Below, in pieces: positions 1 through 7,012 of a stretch of 7,527 bases of DNA. Numbering within the stretch: the first letter of the stretch is position 1; the number at the start of each line of letters is the position of its first letter. Source of the stretch: Trichoplax adhaerens (Eukaryota > Animalia > Placozoa); contig NW_002061060.1 in assembly GCF_000150275.1 (NCBI RefSeq), positions 1 through 7,527 on the forward strand, given 5' to 3'. The translations under genes and the position numbers were made by a program. The notes under the pieces are model-generated. The model was not told where the DNA came from. It made no database searches and saw nothing but the letters and a program-made list of their open reading frames with translations.

Positions 1-107
1 TCATCATCATTTTCTAGGTCTTGAAATTTCGTGATCAAACGCTTCATTAGTGGCATGAAAATAGTGGGAAGTAAATTGCAATAGTATCGTGCAGTTAGTG
101 ATAATGA

Positions 108-178
108 TTATTTAAACGATTTCAATTTGATACGATCAAACGGAAGGTAAATAGAATTTCTTTCAGACGAATTGATTG
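108..178 (-). CDS. Candidate terminal exon of a spliced minus-strand gene, (A)INSSERNSIYLPFDRIKLKSFK*
   Basis: Acceptor ...ccttaaattag| at 179. Phase-1 entry matches the phase-1 donor at 449. 22 open codons to TAA (110-108). The acceptor is weak and no homology is recognised. Confidence 0.3.
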
Positions 179-449
179 CTAATTTAAGGTCAAGATAAAT
201 GATCATTTTCTGTTGATATCATGGTCAACGAGTTGGCCTCAATATCACTGAAACAATAATCGTAGTTAATCTCTATTTTAAAATGATTAGGATACTATTA
301 TCCTTAGAGAAAGATCGAAATGATAATTTAACGCAATTGGATGAATAATGAAAGCAAAAAAAGTTATTCCTGACAATAAACGTAGCGTTATCATAGCCAT
401 CCCCAAAGTCCAAAAAAAACCAAGAATGAAAAGATCGAATTACCCTTAC

Positions 450-526
450 CTCTTCCTTCGGTTGAAATCTCTTGATTGTATTGAGCTACGGTATAGCTTT
501 CAGATTTCATTTTCTTCAATTCTTGA
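450..526 (-). CDS. Probable internal exon, (S)QELKKMKSESYTVAQYNQEISTEGR
   Basis: Branch-like CTAAT plus tgttgtag| acceptor at 527; donor GAG|GTAAGG at 449. 77 nt, open in only one frame (phase 2 in, phase 1 out). That frame is compatible with both neighbouring exon candidates. Confidence 0.5.
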
Positions 527-725
527 CTACAACATTTAATTAGACGATAATTGTTAAGAAACAAACACTATTCGATGTTGGATGAATTTGAATTGATGCC
601 GCTCTTAATTGAATATTATCCAATACGTAAAGTTAAGCAGTAATCAGCATTGAAATCTGCCCATCCTTTAAAAATTTTTTTAATATAGCACTTATTTGAA
701 ACTTTTTTACCTAGTAAAAACTTAC

Positions 726-883
726 CTGTTCAGTTGATTTTTTTTTCAAGTATGGCGATGATTTCGCCACTGCCTGTCGTAATGGCCTTGTCTTTTGCAA
801 GAAAATATTTTGGCTAGGTTACTGCTTGGATCTCTTCCCCAATTCCTGGCTAGCAAATACACGTTGCAACCTAGGATAAGATC
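726..883 (-). pseudogene. Exon with an in-frame TGA (748-746): DLILGCNVYLLARNWGRDPSSNLAKIFSCKRQGHYDRQWRNHRHT*KKNQLN. Could be a disrupted coding exon, a stop-containing exon or a UTR exon
   Basis: Perfect consensus donor CAG|GTAAGT at 725. Two acceptors (cctttag|883, atcctag|870) lead into the same frame. GC is higher than in the flanks. All three frames contain a stop. Confidence 0.4.
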
Positions 884-2189
884 CTAAAGGCCAAATCAAG
901 GATAAAGTAGTGGAAAAAATTAATTATAATTACAACTTATTAATTAACTCCTAAAGGCAGATTGCTAAGCACAGCCTGCAGCAGTGTTAAGCTAATAAAT
1001 ACTATTGGGCCAAGTATTGTTCTCTTGAAGATGCTATTCAATCTGCTTCAATATAACTATCAATCACTTTGCTAGTTATATTAGGGATATTATACTAATT
1101 TGTAAAGGTTGAATCTATTCTTCATCGACTCTCTGTTACAGTTATTGCGATAAATTCAATACATGAGTAAATAACTCGGTCAATGTAGGCGTGGGCATTA
1201 TTATACATTGGCTCCATGTTCAATAAACAGCATAAAAGGTACTTGGTAATGACAATGAGTAGAGTGGTTTAAACAAGCTTCTGATATAAGTTTATACTTA
1301 TTTATCTTATTATATTAAGCTGATGGCCATAAAACCATGATAGCCTTAAGCTAAAAGATGCATGATTTATGGAGTGAAATGAAGGAAGCAAGTGATGTTG
1401 GCTATAGCACAACAGAACTATTGTTGAATTCTTGACATCGATCGTTTTTAAATTGTATTCTATTGCATCTGAGTAATGTTTAAATGGGACTGCTTTATTT
1501 GCTTTGATTATTTGTGATTTGATTTGCCATTCCCTTTAATGTGGTTGATCTACAGGCGATCTAAAGTGCCGATATCGATAGATTGAATGTACTTTGATCT
1601 GTAAACTGTTTTCAATTTAACATTATACTTGCTTGGCTGCACCTTAAGCAAGCATCGATGTGGATAATCAATAGCCAATAAGTATAACTCTATAGTATAA
1701 ATAATTATAAGTCCTATCTGAAGCTCTTTTATTGGCAGCAATGACAATCAATATTGCTGGTACATCAAATTTAGATAAATTAGCATTAAGAAAAAAGGTA
1801 ATGTAGAATAAATATTTAAAACTTTGCATGCGCAAGCGATCCTTAGACACATTATCATGATTGGTCTAGAATTGACCACAATATTAAGGACATTGTACCG
1901 CACTGTCGATATCTTCCAGTACCTGCTAATCTTAACTTGGTATGTCCATCACCGTGCAATAGTTATCATAATGCGTTTTGGACCATTAACTAATCTTAAT
2001 ATAGCATTTCATAGCATTTCATCCGTGAATGCATTAATGAAAAGTAATATTCTACAAGCATAGCTGTGAATATAGAAGTACCTGGCTATTACCAGGATAT
2101 ATATAATGTCGAATGATAATACTATCTGTTAATTATTAATAAATGGGTACATTATCGTAAACCGTCAGCAAAGTAAAGTGAGTTTGTAC

Positions 2190-2343
2190 TAGTGTTGCTG
2201 TAAATTGAACTGAACCGATTGAACCAGTTCGAAAATGGTAAAATAGGTTCGGTTCAGGATTGATTGATTTCAAAGCGGTTCAGATTCAGGTTCTTATATA
2301 GATCATAACGGTTTTGAGCCGAAGCGAACCTTTCTCAGATCTA
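2190..2343. mobile_element. Degenerate non-autonomous DNA transposon (hAT/MITE-like) fragment
   Basis: Starts TAGTGTTG (2190). Head-to-head clusters of GAACC(G)/(C)GGTTC motifs at 2207-2231, 2246-2258, 2276-2293 and 2309-2330; ctgaaccga 2210-2218 is inverted as tcggttcag at 2249-2257. Possible end CAGATCTA (2336-2343). No clean TSD. Confidence 0.4.
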
Positions 2344-2409
2344 GTCGCAGCCTATCCGCTAGCTTAAGAATCAAATAGTTTGGGCTGTTGCGGTAAAAAA
2401 GATGTTTTA

Positions 2410-2774
2410 TCATAGGCTGCAACACTAAAACACTAATACTGGACTAATTCCACTTTCATCGGCCATAACACTAAACACTAATATTGGACTGGACTAATTC
2501 CACTTTCATAGGCCGCAACACCAAACACTAATACTAGACTAATTCCACTTTCATAGGACATAACATTAAACATTAATTCTAGACGAATTGCACTTTCATA
2601 GGCCACAACACTAAGGATGAATATTGGATCAATTCTATTTTCATAGGCCACAACACTAAACGCTAACATTGGGCTAATTCCACTTTCATAGGCCGCTACA
2701 CTAAACGCGAATACTGGACTAATTCCACTTTCAAAGGCCAAAACACTAAACACTGATATTGAAGTAATTCCACT
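2410..2774. repeat. Minisatellite, 8 copies of a 45-bp unit (consensus ~TCATAGGCCACAACACTAAACACTAATACTGGACTAATTCCACTT)
   Basis: Units start at 2410, 2456, 2506, 2551, 2596, 2641, 2686 and 2731. Unit 1 has +1 nt, unit 2 has a GGACT duplication (+5), units 3-7 are exactly 45 nt and unit 8 is truncated at 44. Confidence 0.95.
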
Positions 2775-2870
2775 GGTGAATATCTGGACTACTGGGTGAT
2801 TCTACTGTCGAAGAGGAGAGAAAGTCAAAATAGAGCAACGACACTACATACTAGAGTCTTGCAGTTTTAC

Positions 2871-2958
2871 GCCAGCTTTGACGGTATGCGATGACGATCG
2901 TCGACAAATTCCTGCCTCTTCTTGCTACCAATATAGCATTCACAGTTACAATTTGGCG
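2871..2958 (-). CDS. Speculative internal exon (T)PNCNCECYIGSKKRQEFVDDRHRIPSKL(A)
   Basis: GC-richer island downstream of a polypyrimidine tract. Acceptor aaatag|2958 and donor GC|GTAAAA at 2870; phase 1 in, phase 2 out. A competing upstream cag (2973-2971) gives stops in all frames, so support is weak. Confidence 0.22.
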
Positions 2959-3894
2959 CTATTTACAGTACTGACGAAGGGGAGAGAATAGTCCAAGCTT
3001 CTATTTCTTTCGCTACGAGCAAACAGTCATAGCTACAGTTTTACGGTAGATACTGCCTACCAGAGTACCTACTTTAAGTTGAGAGAAAAGTGAAAGCACG
3101 ATGACTGAGTGAGTAGCATTGGCTACACTAGCCGCTATAATTGACTCCTGTTGATATCAATATTGCTAATACTAGTAATTACAAACATGCTCACCAACAG
3201 TCAATGATGGATATTATACAGAAATTGGTTAGAACTTGATAGTCTTGCTCAAGTTACGGATATTGCCTCAAATAAGACTCTAGTCTGACCAAATGATTAC
3301 CCTGATTTTATATCATCCTACACGGTGGAAAATGTGGCTTGTAAGGATATGACTTTCATCGCTGAGATCGATATTATAGTGCTTCAAATTAAGATTTAAA
3401 ATTATGCCAATAGGAATAAAATTCATAAATCGCTCCTACGCTGTACGACAATAAAAATTAAAAATTATTGGTAGCAAGATCAACACATTTCTTGTCAGTC
3501 AAATGACATAGTGAGATCAATAGAGGATTGGACTAGACACGATAGTGAACGTCTTGAATATTATTTTAGCGCAGCTACTTTTACCAATTAAAATTCTATC
3601 CTTCAATTCGCCTTATTTCATTGCATACAACCATGCAAATGGATAGAATGAATTTATAAGATTGGAATACCATTTCAGCTATTCAATAGCGTAAGGCAAA
3701 ATTGAAAGTATTGCGTGATTTAAACTTAGTTATAGTATACGGTTCTATTAATTGTCATAATGAAGGAGATCCCGTTTCTCTGCACAGTACCACCTATCAT
3801 ACTTTGCTTAAAAAGCTGGGCGATTTACAAGCATCACCCTGTGAGTGATTCTTTATTTTTTCCACCATGTTTTGGCTTCCTTTAGCTGTAATGG

Positions 3895-3904
3895 ATGACG
3901 TCAT
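3895..3904. promoter_or_regulatory. Perfect CRE palindrome ATGACGTCAT (CREB/ATF-type site) in the putative first intron of the minus-strand gene
   Basis: Exact TGACGTCA at 3896-3903, extending to a 10-bp palindrome. Function not demonstrated. Confidence 0.3.
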
Positions 3905-4079
3905 GTGTTACCGTTTGCATTAGTCTTATCAGTGTACGGAAGACTCAATTTCACTGTAGTTTCTGATACAAAATACTGTAAAATGGGGATTTTACAACAT
4001 ATAACGGTACACGTTTTAAATCAATTTTTCTTATGTTAGGTCCTTTATTCATATGAATTATTGCAATAGTAATATTTAC

Positions 4080-4200
4080 TGCCAGTAGAAAGGACGATGG
4101 TGAGGTAAGAACTTGGTTTAGCCATGGAAACAGATAGTATAGACAGAAAGACGAGAAGTGAACATTCAGTGGAGATCATTTGAAGTTTTGAACTGCTCAT
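4080..4200 (-). CDS. Probable first coding exon of a secreted or membrane protein: MSSSKLQMISTECSLLVFLSILSVSMA/KPSSYLTIVLSTG
   Basis: ATG at 4200 with A at -3 (alternative ATG at 4179). Hydrophobic core LLVFLSILSV followed by an S-M-A small-residue cleavage motif. Donor GCA|GTAAAT at 4079, phase 1. Lies within ORF 4045..4227. Confidence 0.5.
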
Positions 4201-4546
4201 TCTACTATATGCTACTACAGAAAGCAAACAAAGCAGTGTAGTAGGTCATCGGAGGACAATCGTAGACAGTCACACACTGACAGTTTTGTCGTGATGGATG
4301 ATTTAGTTGAAATGGTCATCAACATAGTGCGATGTTAAAGGATTAGTATACTGTGCTGAGCGATCGATCCATTTCCTATCCCCCCTCTTTCTTTTATCAT
4401 CAATGACTAAAATGGAGGTCGATACGCAGTCAAAATAATTCAGCCGTGTCGTTTGGAGTAGTACAGTGTAGCGTTTTCTGTCCATCTCTTTCTTACTTCA
4501 GTGTCTCTGGCTTTCCACACGGTATGGACTGACAGCACGTTTTTCT

Positions 4547-4554
4547 TCACGTCA
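4547..4554 (-). promoter_or_regulatory. UPRE/CRE-like bZIP site TGACGTGA
   Basis: Plus strand TCACGTCA matches the UPRE consensus TGACGTG(G/A), ~350 nt upstream of the minus-strand ATG. An 8-mer alone is weak evidence. Confidence 0.3.
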
Positions 4555-4657
4555 CTCTCTCCTTGAGAGTCAACAGGGTGACGCCATGGGACCACGGTCT
4601 GATATCGCTTTTCATAATACCGATACAGTACCTGCAATGGAATACTATAGAATGACC

Positions 4658-6336
4658 GATACACTTTAGATCGATGCTGCCAAGGCGTAGACAGTCCAGT
4701 TTGCAGAACTGTACTGGACTATCGACCAGTACAGTACTGTACACTGTATGTACACTTGTAGGTAGGTGACACTCTGTGACAGTCAGTCAGTGATCCACTA
4801 TCGATCGATGCTACCAAGGCGTCGACAGTACAGTTGGGTACAGTACTATATACTGTACACCAGTAGGTAGGTGACACTCTGTGACAGTCAGTCAGTGATA
4901 CACTATCGATCGATCCTACCAAGGCGTCGACAGTACAGTGTACAGTACGGTACAGTACTGTACACTGTACTGTACACCAGTAGGTAGGTGACACTCTGTG
5001 ACAGTCAGTCAGTGATCCACTATCGATCGATACTACCAAGGCGTCGACAGTACAGTACAGTACACCTGTAGGTAGGTGACACTCTGTGACAGTCAGTCAG
5101 TGATCCACTATCGATCGATACTACCAAGGCGTCGACAGTACAGTACGGTACAGTACTGTACACTGTACTGTACACCAGTACAGTAGGTAGGTGACACTCT
5201 GTGACAGTCAGTCAGTGATCCACTATCGATCGATACTGCCAAGGCGTCGACAGTACTGTACACTGTACAGTTGGGTACAGTACTATACACTGTACACCAG
5301 TAGGTAGGTGACACTCTGTGACAGTCAGTCAGTGATACACTATCGATCGATCCTACCAAGGCGTCGACAGTAGGTAGGTGACACTCTGTGACAGTCAGTC
5401 AGTGATCCACTATCGATCGATACTACCAAGGCGTCGACAGTACAGTACAGTACGGTACAGTACTATACACTGTACACTAGTAGGTAGGTGACACTCTGTG
5501 ACAGTCAGTCAGTGATCCACTATCGATCGATACTACCAAGGCGTCGACAGTACAGTACAGTACACCTGTAGGTAGGTGACACTCTGTGACAGTCAGTCAG
5601 TGATCCACTATCGATCGATACTGCCAAGGCGTCGACAGTACAGTTGGGTACAGTACTATACACTGTACACCAGTAGGTAGGTGACACTCTGTGACAGTCA
5701 GTCAGTGATACACTATCGATCGATCCTACCAAGGCGTCGACAGTAGGTAGGTGACACTCTGTGACAGTCAGTCAGTGATCCACTATCGATCGATACTACC
5801 AAGGCGTCGACAGTACAGTACAGTACGGTACAGTACTATACACTGTACACCAGTAGGTGACACTCTGTGACAGTCAGTCAGTGATACACTATCGATCGAT
5901 CCTACCAAGGCGTCGACAGTAGGTAGGTGACACTCTGTGACAGTCAGTCAGTGATCCACTATCGATCGATACTACCAAGGCGTCGACAGTACAGTACAGT
6001 ACGGTACAGTACTATACACTGTACACCAGTAGGTAGGTGACACTCTGTGACAGTCAGTCAGAGATACTGTACACTATCGATCGATACTACCAAGGCGTCG
6101 ACAGTACAGTACTGTACACTGTACAGTCTGTACACCTGTAGGTAGGTGACACTCTGTGACAGTCAGTCAGTGACCCACTATCGATCGATACTACCAAGGC
6201 GTCGACTGTACTGGACTATCGACCAGTACAGTACAGTACTGGACTATCGACCAGTACAGTACAGTACTGTACACTGTACAGTGTACACTGTACACCTGTA
6301 GGTAGGTAGGTGACTGTCAGTCCGTGACCATCGATA
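4658..6336. repeat. Modular tandem array: 70-bp core GTAGGTAGGTGACACTCTGTGACAGTCAGTCAGTGATCCACTATCGATCGATACTACCAAGGCGTCGACA with variable low-complexity linkers
   Basis: Cores start at 4758, 4863, 4980, 5068, 5183, 5300, 5370, 5480, 5568, 5673, 5743, 5853 (66 nt), 5919, 6029 (75 nt) and 6138. Degenerate partial cores lie at 4658-4693 and 6298-6336. Linker lengths: 35, 47, 18, 45, 47, 0, 40, 18, 35, 0, 40, 0, 40, 34, 90. Confidence 0.97.
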
Positions 6337-6367
6337 AAGAAAGAAACGGTGTCGCTTTACATTCAAA

Positions 6368-6400
6368 GCCAATCCAATCAGATTGAGACGCGCGTCACGT
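6368..6400 (+). promoter_or_regulatory. Tandem CCAAT boxes (6369-6373, 6374-6378) followed by a CpG-rich GCGTCACGT bZIP/bHLH-like site
   Basis: AGCCAATCCAATCAGA matches NF-Y context. It lies in a GC-richer segment upstream of the plus-strand signal-peptide exon. Confidence 0.5.
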
Positions 6401-6414
6401 TATTATGCTGCCAG

Positions 6415-6433
6415 CCAATCATCATTAGCCACG
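6415..6433 (+). promoter_or_regulatory. ER stress response element (ERSE-I), CCAAT-N9-CCACG
   Basis: CCAAT (6415-6419) + catcattag (9 nt) + CCACG (6429-6433): exact consensus and spacing, CCAAT in good NF-Y context (CAGCCAATCA), ~380 nt upstream of ATG 6814. Confidence 0.65.
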
Positions 6434-6517
6434 CTACGCCAGTGCACGCTGCAACGATTCAGTCACCATCGTTCACCACCACTTGTGTGTGTTGTCTACA
6501 GTGTACAGTACAATACT

Positions 6518-6533
6518 CTACAGTATACTGTAG
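6518..6533. repeat. Perfect 16-bp palindrome CTACAGTATACTGTAG
   Basis: Read directly from the sequence; made of the same TACAG/CTGTA words as the array linkers. Confidence 0.9.
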
Positions 6534-6813
6534 GCAAGGGACAGACTGCAATAGATGATGGCGTGCTATGGCTTGCTACAGTATGCACACCAGAGTGTCC
6601 GTAGGGACTACTGTACTTTTTGTACGCTGGGTCCCGTCCAAAAAGTCAAGTCCACTACAGTACATAGTACCCTAGTAGCCTCACCTTCCTGGGCTTGACT
6701 CTTTTAATTGTTGGACTCTTGCTCCCTCTTGTACATTCCATTCAAGACCGGTTGATTCTCATCACCATTTCTTCAGAGGTGGTCATCCATTACTCCTTGC
6801 TATTTTATCCATC

Positions 6814-6865
6814 ATGACCTGGAAATACTATCTCTTAATTGCTCTACTCTGTCTGGCTTTAACGC
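6814..6865 (+). CDS. First coding exon encoding a signal peptide, MTWKYYLLIALLCLALT; secretory-pathway protein, identity unknown
   Basis: ATCATG with A at -3. Basic N-region (K) then hydrophobic core YYLLIALLCLAL. Consensus donor C|GTAAGT at 6866, phase 1, as is common after signal-peptide exons. Confidence 0.75.
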
Positions 6866-6994
6866 GTAAGTTACCAGTATTTTTGCGGAATATTTTTTGC
6901 CTTTGCGCCACACATGTTAAGCGATTGGAAATTCCATCCAATTGAAAATGATTTCTTCTTCATTTTCGCTCATGTTTCTACTGGCTCATTGGAT

Positions 6995-7012
6995 CATCAT
7001 GTCGACATGATG
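6995..7012. repeat. Perfect 18-bp palindrome CATCATGTCGACATGATG in the putative first intron
   Basis: Read directly from the sequence; extends to 6992-7015 with one G-T pair. Confidence 0.9.

Noticed and set aside
348-539. Plus-strand 63-aa ORF
   Set aside because: No recognisable features; it overlaps a better-supported minus-strand exon with consensus splice sites.
746-748. Selenocysteine codon
   Set aside because: No redox-motif context and no SECIS-like structure recognised.
1-1260. Alternative genetic code (TAA/TAG = Gln), suggested by frames such as ...KSFK*SLSLTARYYCNLLPTIFMPLMKRLITKFQDLENDD and ...LKQIE*HLQENN
   Set aside because: Stop density is about what AT-rich non-coding DNA gives, TGA stops also intervene, and there is no recognisable homologue to anchor the reading.
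2001-2022. 10-bp tandem duplication ATAGCATTTC
   Set aside because: Ordinary slippage duplication with no further structure.
1550-2063. ORFs 1550-1747, 1668-1850 and 1824-2063 as standalone genes
   Set aside because: Short, overlapping on both strands, with no recognisable domain; at best fragments of a decayed gene.
4303-4744. ORFs 4303-4485, 4440-4664, 4547-4744
   Set aside because: Overlapping frames in a GC-richer promoter-like or repeat-edge region with no protein-like signature.
4719-5732. Cys-rich minus-strand ORFs 4719-5039, 5108-5359, 5520-5732
   Set aside because: These are translations of the repeat. The 70-nt core and most periods are not multiples of 3, frames shift between units, and the starts are non-ATG.
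4758-6297. CRISPR array
   Set aside because: The 70-bp repeat is too long. The 'spacers' are low-complexity, recur identically and include zero-length cases. There are no cas genes and the context is spliceosomal/eukaryotic.
6349-6604. ORFs 6349-6558 and 6383-6604
   Set aside because: Non-ATG starts; they overlap the CCAAT/ERSE promoter motifs and TACAG-rich sequence.
6604-6676. Helitron 3' end (imperfect GGGAC...GTCCC hairpin 6604-6635, then CTAG-T at 6672-6676)
   Set aside because: The hairpin is imperfect and too far (~35 nt) from CTAG, and no matching 5' end or subterminal inverted repeats could be identified.
6814-6865. Assigning a gene symbol such as HSP90B1
   Set aside because: Only a signal peptide is visible and no mature-domain sequence in the window supports it.
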